Virus genome (UHGV): UHGV-0289694
Source: a virus
Strand: one strand, 5' to 3'
Length of the DNA stretch: 25,018 bases
Position numbers and translations under genes: made by a program. Of the stretch, positions 16,506-25,018 are shown one piece after another; positions within the stretch are counted from its first letter, which is position 1, and each line of letters starts with the position of its first letter. The notes beneath the pieces are model-generated. The model was not told the DNA's origin, did not search any database, and was given only the letters and a program-made list of their open reading frames with translations.

Positions 16506-17564
16506 ATGAAGAAGAATACCCGCTTTGCTTTTAACGCTTACCTGCAGCAGCTGGCGCGTCTGAACGGTGTGGCAGTTGAAGAACTGTCCAGCAAGTTCAC
16601 CGTAGAGCCGTCCGTGCAGCAGACGCTGGAAGACCAGATCCAGCAGTCCGCCTCTTTCCTGACGCTGATTAACGTCACGCCAGTGACTGAGCAGTCTGGT
16701 CAGTTGCTGGGGCTGGGTGTTGGCAGCACCATTGCCGGAACCACTGATACCACCGCGAAAGAGCGAGAACCTGTCGATCCGACGCTGATGGTCGATGTGG
16801 AATACAAATGCGAACAGACCAACTTTGACACGGTGCTGACCTACGCGAAGCTGGACCTGTGGGCGAAGTTTCAGGATTTCCAGGTGCGTATCCGTAACGC
16901 CATCGTGAAACGTCAGGCACTGGACCGCATCATGATCGGCTTTAACGGCGTGAAGCGTGCGAAAACCTCCAACCGTAGCGAAAACCCGCTGCTGCAGGAT
17001 GTGAACAAAGGCTGGCTGCAGAAAATCCGTGAGGATGCACCGGATCACGTCATGGGCAGCACCACCACGGGCGGTGAAACCACACCGGGCGCGGTGAAAG
17101 TCGGGAAAGGTGGCGAATATGCCAACCTGGACGCCGTAGTGATGGATGCCGTCAATGAGCTTATCGATGTGGTCTACCAGGACGATGACGATCTGGTGGT
17201 GATTTGCGGTCGTGAACTGCTGTCTGACAAGTATTTCCCGCTGGTCAACAAAGAGCAGGAAAACAGTGAAAAACTGGCTGCCGATATGATCATCAGTCAG
17301 AAACGCATGGGTGGCCTGCAGGCGGTGCGTGCGCCGTTCTTCCCGCCGAATGCGCTGCTGATCACCCGTCTGGATAACCTGTCCATCTACTGGCAGGAAG
17401 ATACCCGCCGCCGTTCAGTTATCGACAACCCGAAACGTGACCGGATTGAAAATTTTGAATCCGTTAACGAAGCCTATGTGGTTGAGGACTATCGCTGCGC
17501 TGCACTGGTGGAAAACATCCAGATTGGTGACTTCAGCGCCGCCGCAGCAGAAACCGGAGCGTAA
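16506..17564 (+). CDS. N: Major capsid protein (P2 gpN-like)
   Basis: 352 aa; follows O as in P2; strong codon structure in a GC-rich late operon. Confidence 0.9.
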   Translation: MKKNTRFAFNAYLQQLARLNGVAVEELSSKFTVEPSVQQTLEDQIQQSASFLTLINVTPVTEQSGQLLGLGVGSTIAGTTDTTAKEREPVDPTLMVDVEYKCEQTNFDTVLTYAKLDLWAKFQDFQVRIRNAIVKRQALDRIMIGFNGVKRAKTSNRSENPLLQDVNKGWLQKIREDAPDHVMGSTTTGGETTPGAVKVGKGGEYANLDAVVMDAVNELIDVVYQDDDDLVVICGRELLSDKYFPLVNKEQENSEKLAADMIISQKRMGGLQAVRAPFFPPNALLITRLDNLSIYWQEDTRRRSVIDNPKRDRIENFESVNEAYVVEDYRCAALVENIQIGDFSAAAAETGA

Positions 17565-17567
17565 TTC

Positions 17568-18218
17568 ATGAGCCTGAGTCCCGCACGGCAGCATCGCCTG
17601 CGCGTTCAGGCTGAACAGGCCGCTCGCGAGGGTGGCAGTGTTCGCCACGCGTCGGGCTATGACCTGATGCTGCTGCAACTGGCGGAAGACCGCCGCCGTC
17701 TCAAGGGCGTTCAGTCCACGGTCAAAAAAGCGGAAATCAAGGTGGAGCTGCTGCCGAAATATGCCGCCTGGGCGGAGGGCGTTCTGGCTGCCGGAGGCGC
17801 TCAACAGGATGACGTGCTGATGTACGTGATGCTGTGGCGCATTGATGCCGGAGATTATGCAGGGGCGCTGGAGATCGGGCGTCATGCCCTGCGTCATGGC
17901 TGGGTGATGCCGCTGGGTAACCGCAACGTGCAGACCGTGCTGGCAGAGGAAATGGCAGACGCGGCGCAGAGCGCAATGCTTGCCGCCACCGGCTTTGATG
18001 CCGATCTGTTGCTGCAGACGCTGGAGCTGACAGACGGTCTGGATATGCCGGACCAGTCACGGGCGCGTCTGCATAAAGCGATTGGCGCTGTCCTGAGTGA
18101 AAGCAACCCGGCTTCCGCCCTTAATCATCTCAACCATGCGTTACAGCTCGATCCTCGCTGTGGCGTGAAAAAAGACAAACAGCAGCTGGAGCGCAGACTG
18201 CGCAATGACAGCCGCTGA
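17568..18218 (+). CDS. M: Terminase small / endonuclease subunit (P2 gpM-like)
   Basis: 216 aa; position after N; typical gpM length. Confidence 0.85.
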   Translation: MSLSPARQHRLRVQAEQAAREGGSVRHASGYDLMLLQLAEDRRRLKGVQSTVKKAEIKVELLPKYAAWAEGVLAAGGAQQDDVLMYVMLWRIDAGDYAGALEIGRHALRHGWVMPLGNRNVQTVLAEEMADAAQSAMLAATGFDADLLLQTLELTDGLDMPDQSRARLHKAIGAVLSESNPASALNHLNHALQLDPRCGVKKDKQQLERRLRNDSR

Positions 18219-18313
18219 CAGAACGTGCCCCCGCGCACGGGCGGCACGGGGTGGCGAAAGGCACTGCCACATCAAAACCCCGTCCACCGCCCTCTATTTC
18301 AGGAGAAAGCAGC

Positions 18314-18778
18314 ATGAAGTTTGTTGCGCCAGAACAGGCACCGGAACAGGCGGAAATCATCAGGAATACGCCGTTCTGGCCTGATGTGGACCTGTCGGAG
18401 TTTCGCAGCGTGATGCGCACTGACGGCACGGTGACGCAGCCGCGTTTAAAGCAGGTTGCGCTGTCGGCAATTTCGGAGGTCAACGCAGAGCTGTATGAGT
18501 TTCGCAGACGCCAGCAGATGCTGGGGTATGCCTCGCTGGCAGAAGTTCCGGCGGAACAGCTGGACGGCAAAAGTGAGCGCATTCAGCACTATTTCAACGC
18601 GGTTTACTGCTGGGCACGCGCCATGCTCAACGAACGATACCAGGACTATGACGCCACGGCGTCCGGTGTGAAGCGGGGCGAGGAACTGGCGGAAGCAAGC
18701 GGTGATTTGTGGCGTGACGCCCGCTGGGCCATCAGCCGGGTGCAGGATGCGCCGCACTGCACAGTGGAGCTTATCTGA
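18314..18778 (+). CDS. L: Head completion/stabilisation protein (P2 gpL-like)
   Basis: ATG at 18314 with AGGAGA RBS; 154 aa; stop overlaps the X start (TGATG). Confidence 0.85.
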   Translation: MKFVAPEQAPEQAEIIRNTPFWPDVDLSEFRSVMRTDGTVTQPRLKQVALSAISEVNAELYEFRRRQQMLGYASLAEVPAEQLDGKSERIQHYFNAVYCWARAMLNERYQDYDATASGVKRGEELAEASGDLWRDARWAISRVQDAPHCTVELI

Positions 18779-18981
18779 TGAAAGTGCGTGCGCATCAGTA
18801 TGACACGGTGGACGCGCTTTGCTGGCGTCATTACGGGCGCACGCAGGGTGTCACGGAGCAGGTACTGAAGGCAAATCCGGGGCTTGCCGAATACGGCCCC
18901 TTTTTACCTCACGGGCTGCAGGTGGAGCTGCCGGACATTCCGACAACCACCACCGTGCAGACCGTCCAGCTATGGGACTGA
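18778..18981 (+). CDS. X: Tail protein X (LysM-like small tail component)
   Basis: 67 aa; position and size match P2 gpX. Confidence 0.85.
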   Translation: MKVRAHQYDTVDALCWRHYGRTQGVTEQVLKANPGLAEYGPFLPHGLQVELPDIPTTTTVQTVQLWD

Positions 18982-18984
18982 ATT

Positions 18985-19200
18985 ATGACGCTTGAGCGAA
19001 TCAGCGCCTTTATCACGTATTGCATCGCCGTCGTGCTGGCCTGGCTGGGCGATTTGTCCATCAAGGATGCCTCAACGCTGGGCGGCCTGATGATTGGTGT
19101 ACTGATGCTGGCTATCAACTGGTACTACAAACACAAAGCCTACCAGCTTCTGCGCGACGGGCAGATCTCGCGGGAGGACTATGAATCCATCAATCGTTAA
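18985..19200 (+). CDS. Holin (two-TM class II type)
   Basis: 71 aa with two hydrophobic helices (ISAFITYCIAVVLAWLG, LGGLMIGVLMLAINWYY) and a charged C-terminus; immediately upstream of and overlapping the endolysin gene. Confidence 0.6.
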   Translation: MTLERISAFITYCIAVVLAWLGDLSIKDASTLGGLMIGVLMLAINWYYKHKAYQLLRDGQISREDYESINR

Positions 19201-19693
19201 ACGCTGCCTTGTCGGGGCCGTGCTGGCTATTGCTGCCACGCTGCCGGGGTTTCAGCAGCTTCACACCTCCGTGGAGGGGCTGAAACTGATTGCTGATTAC
19301 GAAGGCTGTCGTCTGCAGCTGTATCAGTGCAGCGCGGGTGTATGGACCGACGGCATTGGTAATACATCGGGCGTCATTCCCGGCAAAACAATCACGGAAC
19401 GACAGGCAGCAGAAGGGCTGATCTCCAACGTGCTGCGTGTGGAGCGGGTACTGGAAAGGTGTGTGAAGCAACTGCCACCACAGAAGGTGTATGACGCTAC
19501 GGTGTCGTTTGCCTTCAACGTGGGGACGGGCAATGCCTGCAGCTCCACGCTGGTGAAATTGCTCAATCAGCGGCGCTGGGCGGATGCGTGCCGACAGTTG
19601 CCGCGCTGGGTTTATGTAAAAGGTGTGTTTAATCAGGGGCTGGATAACCGCCGTGCGCGGGAGATGGCCTGGTGTTTACAGGGAGCAAACTGA
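19181..19693 (+). CDS. Endolysin, phage lysozyme (T4/P21 lysozyme-like, probably SAR-anchored)
   Basis: Catalytic E-x8-(D/C)-x5-T arrangement in ADYEGCRLQLYQCSAGVWTDGIGNT; N-terminal weakly hydrophobic segment LVGAVLAIAATLPG resembles a signal-anchor-release domain; GGGAGG RBS. Confidence 0.85.
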   Translation: MNPSIVKRCLVGAVLAIAATLPGFQQLHTSVEGLKLIADYEGCRLQLYQCSAGVWTDGIGNTSGVIPGKTITERQAAEGLISNVLRVERVLERCVKQLPPQKVYDATVSFAFNVGTGNACSSTLVKLLNQRRWADACRQLPRWVYVKGVFNQGLDNRRAREMAWCLQGAN

Positions 19694-19694
19694 A

Positions 19695-20072
19695 ATGAAA
19701 AAGAAATTAATCAGCGGACTGTTTCTGATGTTATGGATGGCGCTGTTAATCGCAGCAATGGTGTATCCGCAGGGGATTTTTCCGGTACTGGCAGCGTCCG
19801 GCGTTTGGGTAGCCTGTTTGCTGACATGGGCGGTAATTCCGGTAGCACTGGCTGCGTTAATTAAGAATGGCCCGCTCTGGCAGGAGTTAAGGGCATCTTT
19901 ACTGAAGACAATTACCCGAAAAGAAAACGTATTTATCAGTTGGGTGATGCGATTGCTGATTGTTGTAAGTCTCGGCTGGACGGGGTGGGCTATTACCCTG
20001 GTCTTTTATCTACTGACCGTTATTGCCTTCTGGATCACCCGTAATCAGATGGCGCAACAGGTAGCAGCATGA
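19695..20072 (+). CDS. lysA: LysA-like membrane protein (about 4 TM helices), lysis accessory
   Basis: ATG at 19695; 125 aa, strongly hydrophobic; occupies the P2 lysA position between endolysin and lysB. Confidence 0.5.
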   Translation: MKKKLISGLFLMLWMALLIAAMVYPQGIFPVLAASGVWVACLLTWAVIPVALAALIKNGPLWQELRASLLKTITRKENVFISWVMRLLIVVSLGWTGWAITLVFYLLTVIAFWITRNQMAQQVAA

Positions 20073-20497
20073 ACCGGTTGCTGCTGGTTGTGCTGGCGTT
20101 ATTACTGGCGGCGCTGGGCTGGCAGACGTGGCGGCTGGCTGATGCCAGCCAGACCATCAGCACGCAGGCAGACGAGCTGCAGAGCAAAAGCCAGGCACTG
20201 GCAAAGAGCAACAGCCAGCTTATCAGCCTGTCCATTCTGACTGAAACCAATAACCGGGAGCAGGCGCGGCTCTATGCCGAAGCAGAACAGACCAGCGCGC
20301 TGCTGAGACAACGACAACACCGGATCGAGGAACTGAAACGTGAGAACGAGGATTTACGCCGCTGGGCTGATACTCCTTTGCCTGCTGACATTATCCGGCT
20401 GCGGGAACGTCCGACGCTCACCGGAGGTGCAGCTTATCGTCAGTGGTTGTCCGCGAGTGACACCGTGTCGGCTGGATCAGGCAGCGCCACGCACTAA
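20069..20497 (+). CDS. lysB: LysB-like i-spanin (Rz-like)
   Basis: 142 aa; N-terminal TM segment LLLVVLALLLAALGW followed by a charged coiled-coil periplasmic domain; contains an embedded out-of-frame lipoprotein ORF. Confidence 0.75.
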   Translation: MNRLLLVVLALLLAALGWQTWRLADASQTISTQADELQSKSQALAKSNSQLISLSILTETNNREQARLYAEAEQTSALLRQRQHRIEELKRENEDLRRWADTPLPADIIRLRERPTLTGGAAYRQWLSASDTVSAGSGSATH

Positions 20498-20630
20498 CGG
20501 TGATCTGAACGCGTTGTTGGATGAAACGGAGGCCGCCTGGGCGGTCTGTGCAGACAAAGTGGACATGATTATTGCGTGTCAGGAGCGAAACAGTGAACAA
20601 ACCACAATCCCTGCGCCACGCCCTCAATAA
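20340..20630 (+). CDS. lysC: LysC-like o-spanin (Rz1-like outer-membrane lipoprotein), overlapping lysB out of frame
   Basis: Signal peptide with lipobox LTLSGC (MRTRIYAAGLILLCLLTLSGC); Pro-rich mature part; starts inside lysB and runs past its end, as in P2 lysB/lysC. Confidence 0.6.
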   Translation: MRTRIYAAGLILLCLLTLSGCGNVRRSPEVQLIVSGCPRVTPCRLDQAAPRTNGDLNALLDETEAAWAVCADKVDMIIACQERNSEQTTIPAPRPQ

Positions 20631-21024
20631 AGCGGTGCCTTATGTCCGCAATAACCCAGACAAACTGCATCTGTTTGTGGATAACGGTTCGCTGGTTGCC
20701 ACGGGGGCCAGCTCCATGTCGTGGGAGTACCGTTACACCCTGAACGCGGTGATTGAGGATTTCAGCGGCGACCAGAATCTGCTGATGGCCCCGGTTTTGC
20801 TGTGGCTGAGGGATAACCAGCCCGATGCCATCAATAACCCGGCGTTACGGGAAAAACTATTCACCTTTGAGGTGGATATTCTGCGCAACGATGTCTGTGA
20901 TATCAGCCTGAACCTGCAACTGACGGAGCGTGTGCTGGTCAGCACTGACGGTAGTGTGTCGAGTGTTGAAGCTATAGCGGAACCTGATGAACCTGAAGAA
21001 ATGTGGACGGTGAAACGTGGCTGA
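20594..21024 (+). CDS. R: Tail completion protein (P2 gpR-like); GTG start at 20594 preferred over in-frame ATG at 20572
   Basis: AGGAG RBS before the GTG at 20594; stop overlaps the GTG start of S. Confidence 0.8.
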
Positions 21025-21463
21025 ACTGCAGAAAGTGGACGACTGGCTGAGTGCCTTGCTGGCGAATCTGGAACCAGCCGCCAGAAGCCGCATGATGCGC
21101 CAGCTGGCGCAGGAACTGCGCCGGACACAGCAGCAGAACATCAGGATGCAACGCAATCCTGATGGCAGCAGCTATGAACCGAGGCGAGTAACAGCACGCA
21201 GTAAAAAAGGCCGTATCAAACGGCAGATGTTTACAAAACTTCGCACCACAAAATACCTGAAAACTGCCGCCAGCGCCGACTCTGCCAGCGTGCAGTTTGA
21301 AGGTAAGGTGCAGCGCATTGCCCGTGTTCACCATTACGGCTTGCGCGATCGCGTCAGTCGCAAAGGACCTGAGGTCCGTTACGCAGAGCGTCGCCTTCTG
21401 GGTGTAAATGATGATGTTGAGGCAATGACCCGCGACATGATTCTGCAATGGCTGGCGGGGTGA
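21017..21463 (+). CDS. S: Tail completion protein (P2 gpS-like)
   Basis: 148 aa; GTG start overlapping the R stop; position before V. Confidence 0.85.
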   Translation: MAELQKVDDWLSALLANLEPAARSRMMRQLAQELRRTQQQNIRMQRNPDGSSYEPRRVTARSKKGRIKRQMFTKLRTTKYLKTAASADSASVQFEGKVQRIARVHHYGLRDRVSRKGPEVRYAERRLLGVNDDVEAMTRDMILQWLAG

Positions 21464-21467
21464 TCTT

Positions 21468-21485
21468 TGTATCAGCACTGATACA
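21468..21485 (+). promoter_or_regulatory. Late-promoter activator site, TGT-N12-ACA dyad, upstream of V (part of perfect palindrome TTGTATCAGCACTGATACAA, 21467-21486)
   Basis: Perfect 20-bp palindrome in the 68-nt S-V intergenic gap, matching the P2 late-promoter upstream element ~50 nt before the V start. Confidence 0.55.
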
Positions 21486-21531
21486 AGTTGCAGCACTGCC
21501 GCCTTTCTTCCCCTGATGGCAACCTTTCCCT

Positions 21532-22110
21532 ATGAACGCACAATTAACCGAAATCATGCGCCTTATCACCAACCTGATCCGCACAGGTGTAGTCACCGAA
21601 GTGGACAGGGCAAACTGGCTGTGTCGGGTGAAAACGGGCGACCTCGAAACCAACTGGATTAACTGGCTGACACTGCGCGCGGGCAAATCGCGCACCTGGT
21701 GGAAACCGTCTGTGGGTGAGCAGGTTGTGCTGTTCAGCCTTGGCGGCAATCTGGAAACCGCGTTTGCCCTGCCTGCGGTCTACTCAAACCAGTTTCCGCC
21801 ACCTTCAGGCTCTGAGGACGGCAACGTGACGGAATACCCGGACGGCGGCTGGTTTGAATACGAACCCGCCACCGGGCGCTGGTATGTCAGGGGCATCAAA
21901 TCAATGGTCATTGAGGCCGCTGACAATATCACCCTGAAAACCAGTGAGTTTGTGCTGGAGGCTGACCGCACGCGTATTAACAGCGAAGTGGTGATCAATG
22001 GTGGCGTTACCCAGGGTGGCGGAGCGATGAGCTCTAACGGGATTGTGGTTGATGCGCATCAGCATACTGGCGTCCTGAAAGGCGGCGATACAACCGGAGG
22101 CCCGGTATGA
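21532..22110 (+). CDS. V: Baseplate spike/assembly protein (P2 gpV-like)
   Basis: 192 aa; Gly-rich C-terminus (GGVTQGGGAMSSNG...GGDTTGGPV) typical of gpV spike tips. Confidence 0.9.
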   Translation: MNAQLTEIMRLITNLIRTGVVTEVDRANWLCRVKTGDLETNWINWLTLRAGKSRTWWKPSVGEQVVLFSLGGNLETAFALPAVYSNQFPPPSGSEDGNVTEYPDGGWFEYEPATGRWYVRGIKSMVIEAADNITLKTSEFVLEADRTRINSEVVINGGVTQGGGAMSSNGIVVDAHQHTGVLKGGDTTGGPV

Positions 22111-22466
22111 CGCTTTATAGCGGGATGAACAATACCAGCGGCAAAGTCATTACTGATATTGATCATCTGCGCCAGTCGGTGCGGGACATTCTGCTGACAC
22201 CGCAGGGTAGCCGCATTGCCCGCCGGGAATATGGTTCCCTCCTGTCGGTTTTAATAGATCAGCCACAAAATCCGGCATTACGCCTGCAGGTCATGTCGGC
22301 AGTGTATGTGGCGCTGAGTCGCTGGGAGCCACGGCTGACGCTGGATTCCATCACCATCAACAGCAACTTTGACGGTTCTATGGTGGTGGAGCTGACCGGG
22401 CGGCGGAATAACGGTGTGCCTGTGTCCCTTTCCGTATCAACAGGAGCAGAGAATGGCAGTGATTGA
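22107..22466 (+). CDS. W: Baseplate wedge protein (P2 gpW-like, gp25/lysozyme-like fold)
   Basis: 119 aa; ATGA overlap with V; position. Confidence 0.85.
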   Translation: MTLYSGMNNTSGKVITDIDHLRQSVRDILLTPQGSRIARREYGSLLSVLIDQPQNPALRLQVMSAVYVALSRWEPRLTLDSITINSNFDGSMVVELTGRRNNGVPVSLSVSTGAENGSD

Positions 22467-23361
22467 CCTTTCGCAGTTGCCTGCACCGCAGATTGTGGAT
22501 GTGCCGGACTTTGAGACGCTGCTTGCCGAACGCAAGGCCCAATTTGTTGCGCTTCATCCGAAAGATGAGCAGGAAGCCGTGATCCGCACGCTGGAACTGG
22601 AATCTGAACCCGTCACTAAATTGTTGCAGGAGAACGCTTACCGTGAGTTGCTTCTGCGCCAGCGCATTAACGAAGCCGCGCAGGCGGTGATGGTGGCTTA
22701 CGCGATGGGCGGCGATCTTGACCAGCTCGCTGCCAACTACAACGTGACACGCCTGACGGTGACGCCTGCTGATAATGATGCTGTGCCGCCCGTTGCAGCT
22801 GTGATGGAAAGCGATGAAGCGTTACGCCTGCGTGTGCCTGCAGCCTTTGAAGGGCTTTCTGTTGCGGGGCCAACTGCAGCTTATGAATTTCATGCCCGAA
22901 GCGCTGACGGTCGGGTAGCGGATGCCAGTGCAACCAGCCCGGCACCTGCAGAGGTGGTGCTGACTGTCCTTAGCCGCGAAGGCGATGGAACTGCAGAAAA
23001 AGACCTGCTGGACGTGGTGGAAAAAGCTCTGAACAGTGAGAACGTCCGCCCGGTGGCTGACCGTCTTACGGTTCGCAGCGCAGAAATCATCCCGTATCGC
23101 GTGGAAGCCACCATTTTTCTCTATCCGGGACCGGAAGCAGAGCCGGTAATGGCAGCGGCAAAAGCCAGTCTGCAGAAGTACATTGCCAGCCAGACGAGGC
23201 TTGGTCGGGATATTCGCCGTAGCGCCATCTTTGCTGCTCTGCATGTTGAGGGTGTTCAACGTGTGGAACTGGCTTCTCCGCTGGCGGATGTGGTCCTGAA
23301 CAAAACACAGGCGGCATCATGTACGCAGTGGAGCGTAACCAACGGAGGAACGGATGAATAG
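22453..23361 (+). CDS. J: Baseplate protein (P2 gpJ-like)
   Basis: ATG at 22453 with AGGAG RBS; 302 aa, the expected gpJ length. Confidence 0.9.
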   Translation: MAVIDLSQLPAPQIVDVPDFETLLAERKAQFVALHPKDEQEAVIRTLELESEPVTKLLQENAYRELLLRQRINEAAQAVMVAYAMGGDLDQLAANYNVTRLTVTPADNDAVPPVAAVMESDEALRLRVPAAFEGLSVAGPTAAYEFHARSADGRVADASATSPAPAEVVLTVLSREGDGTAEKDLLDVVEKALNSENVRPVADRLTVRSAEIIPYRVEATIFLYPGPEAEPVMAAAKASLQKYIASQTRLGRDIRRSAIFAALHVEGVQRVELASPLADVVLNKTQAASCTQWSVTNGGTDE

Positions 23362-23959
23362 TCTGCTGCCACCGGGTTCAACTTCACTGGAGCGCCGACT
23401 GGCGCAAACCTGTAGCGGGATTTCTGATCTGCAGGTGCCGCTGCGTGACTTGTGGAATCCGGCTACCTGTCCGGTCAGCTTCCTGCCTTATCTCGCCTGG
23501 GCGTTCTCTGTGGATCGCTGGGACGAGGGCTGGACAGAAAGCGTCAAACGCCAGGTAGTGAAGGATGCTTTTTATATTCATCAGCATAAAGGAACTACCA
23601 GTGCCGTGCGGCGGGTGGTGGAACCGTTCGGATTCCTGATCCGCATTATTGAGTGGTGGCAGACCGGAGAAACACCGGGCACGTTTCGCCTGGATATCGG
23701 CGTGCAGGACCAGGGCATCACTGAAGATACCTATCTGGAACTTGAGCGGCTGATAAGCGATGCCAAACCATGTAGCCGTCACATGATCGGCATGTCCATC
23801 AATCTGCAGACCAGCGGTCCGCATTGGGTGGGGACCGCCAGCTATCTTGGCGAAGAAATCACGATCTATCCGTATATCAACGAAACAATTATTTCTGGCG
23901 GCACCGCGCATGAAGGCGGGGCGGTCCATGTTATTGACACAATGAGAGTGAATCCATGA
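23354..23959 (+). CDS. I: Baseplate/tail protein (P2 gpI-like)
   Basis: 201 aa; overlaps the J stop and H start. Confidence 0.85.
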   Translation: MNSLLPPGSTSLERRLAQTCSGISDLQVPLRDLWNPATCPVSFLPYLAWAFSVDRWDEGWTESVKRQVVKDAFYIHQHKGTTSAVRRVVEPFGFLIRIIEWWQTGETPGTFRLDIGVQDQGITEDTYLELERLISDAKPCSRHMIGMSINLQTSGPHWVGTASYLGEEITIYPYINETIISGGTAHEGGAVHVIDTMRVNP

Positions 23960-25018
23960 GCACAAAATTTTATACCCTGCTGACGGATATTGGCGCGGCG
24001 AAACTTGCCAGCGCCGCCGCGCTCGGTGTGCCGCTAAAAATTACCCATATGGCGGTCGGCGATGGCGGCGGAGTATTGCCAACGCCAGACTCAAAGCAGA
24101 CTGCACTGGTAAATGAGAAACGCCGGGCTGCGCTGAATATGCTCTATATCGACCCGCAGAACAGCAGTCAGATTATTGCCGAACAGGTGATCCCTGAAAA
24201 CGAGGGCGGTTGGTGGATACGTGAAGTGGGCTTGTTTGATGAGTCCGGGGCATTGATTGCCGTGGGCAACTGCCCGGAAAGCTATAAGCCGCAACTGGCT
24301 GAAGGTAGCGGGCGCACTCAGACCGTGCGCATGGTGCTGATTACCAGCAGCACGGACAATATCACCCTGAAAATCGACCCTGCTGTAGTGCTGGCAACCC
24401 GCAAGTATGTGGATGACAAGGCACTGGAGCTGAAGGTGTACGCGGATGATCAGATGGCAAAACATCTTGCCGCACCGGACCCGCATTCACAGTATGCACC
24501 CAAAGAAAGTCCGACGTTTACCGGGACACCCAAAGCTCCAACGCCAGCAGCAGGGAATAACACCACGCAGATTGCGACCACCGAGTTTGTTCAGGCGGCT
24601 CTGACGGCTCTTATTAATGGTGCGCCAGCCACGCTGGACACGCTGAAAGAAATAGCCGCAGCCATTAACAATGATCCGAAATTCAGTACCACCATTAACA
24701 ATGCGCTGGCACTGAAAGCGCCGCTGTCGAGTCCGGCACTCACCGGAACGCCAACCGCACCTACTGCGGCACAGTCGGTCAACAATACACAAATTGCCAC
24801 CACGGCATTTGTGAAATCGGCGATTGCGGCAATGGTGGGTTCTGCACCTGCGGCACTGGATACACTGAACGAACTGGCGGCGGCGCTGGGGAATGACCCG
24901 AACTTTGCCACGACAATGCTTAATGCACTGGCAGGTAAACAACCGCTGGACAATACGCTGACTAATTTGAGTGGAAAGGATGTAACTGGTCTTCTCACAT
25001 ACCTTGGTTTGGGAGAAG
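23956..25018 (+). CDS. H: Tail fibre protein (P2 gpH-like), N-terminal part; continues past the window end
   Basis: ORF open to the window edge; conserved N-terminal MSTKFYTLLTDIGAAKLA start of P2-family tail fibres; repeated TQIATTEFV...PAALDTL segments in the shaft. Confidence 0.85.
   Translation, partial: MSTKFYTLLTDIGAAKLASAAALGVPLKITHMAVGDGGGVLPTPDSKQTALVNEKRRAALNMLYIDPQNSSQIIAEQVIPENEGGWWIREVGLFDESGALIAVGNCPESYKPQLAEGSGRTQTVRMVLITSSTDNITLKIDPAVVLATRKYVDDKALELKVYADDQMAKHLAAPDPHSQYAPKESPTFTGTPKAPTPAAGNNTTQIATTEFVQAALTALINGAPATLDTLKEIAAAINNDPKFSTTINNALALKAPLSSPALTGTPTAPTAAQSVNNTQIATTAFVKSAIAAMVGSAPAALDTLNELAAALGNDPNFATTMLNALAGKQPLDNTLTNLSGKDVTGLLTYLGLGE

Larger units (their letters stand above)
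696..25018. mobile_element. P2/186-family prophage, left arm (continues beyond the right edge of the window)
   Basis: Order att-int-cI-apl-cII-...-A-(accessory)-cos-Q-P / O-N-M-L-X-lysis-R-S-V-W-J-I-H matches the integrated P2/186 map; tmRNA 3' core at the left boundary; many overlapping stop/start junctions typical of phage operons. Confidence 0.9.

Noticed and set aside
15959-18582. Multiple minus-strand ORFs (100-220 aa) across O, N, M and L
   Set aside because: All lie antisense to the rightward capsid operon; Arg/Ala/Pro/Gln-rich; no independent start signals.
19623-20072. Extended 149-aa form of the LysA-like ORF starting inside the endolysin gene
   Set aside because: The upstream extension overlaps the endolysin C-terminus; the ATG at 19695, just after the endolysin stop, gives a compact membrane protein.
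22667-23965. Minus-strand ORFs overlapping J and I
   Set aside because: Shadow frames opposite well-supported baseplate genes.
24487-24998. Cys/Arg-rich minus-strand ORFs opposite the tail fibre gene
   Set aside because: Extreme Cys/Arg content is an artefact of reading the repetitive Ala/Thr-rich tail-fibre sequence in antisense.
1-25018. CRISPR arrays, IS elements or transposase genes
   Set aside because: No regularly spaced direct repeats, no terminal inverted repeats flanking a transposase-like ORF, and no DDE or HUH transposase motifs were seen. The only HUH protein is replication initiator A, in its expected phage context.

Overview
This window is the left ~24 kb of a P2/186-family (peduovirus-like) prophage from an enterobacterial host, apparently integrated at the 3' end of the tmRNA gene ssrA. 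All calls are from reading the sequence and recalled family knowledge; no searches were run. Left to right: about 0.7 kb of AT-rich host flank ending in a 45-nt copy of the ssrA 3' end (att core, minus strand); an AT-rich membrane-protein cargo gene; integrase; a 186-type CI repressor; a pR promoter with operator palindrome; apl, cII and small early genes; a TraR-like zinc finger, Dam methylase and replication protein A joined by overlapping stop/start codons; then an accessory region at the position where P2 carries tin/old. That region holds a consensus LexA box over a promoter, a small ORF, and a lower-GC three-gene operon (DEDDh 3'-5' exonuclease, HipA-like kinase core, HipS-like N-subdomain fused to a HIRAN-like domain), then a terminator, a cos-like sequence and a further small ORF. 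The rest is the P2-type morphogenetic module: leftward Q (portal) and P (large terminase), then rightward O, N, M, L, X, a lysis cassette (holin, SAR-type endolysin, LysA/B/C-like), R, S, V, W, J, I and the start of tail fibre H. The strongest candidate for an undescribed system is the exonuclease/kinase/HipS-HIRAN operon, possibly under SOS control. Secondary candidates are the membrane protein co-transcribed with int and the small ORF between cos and Q.
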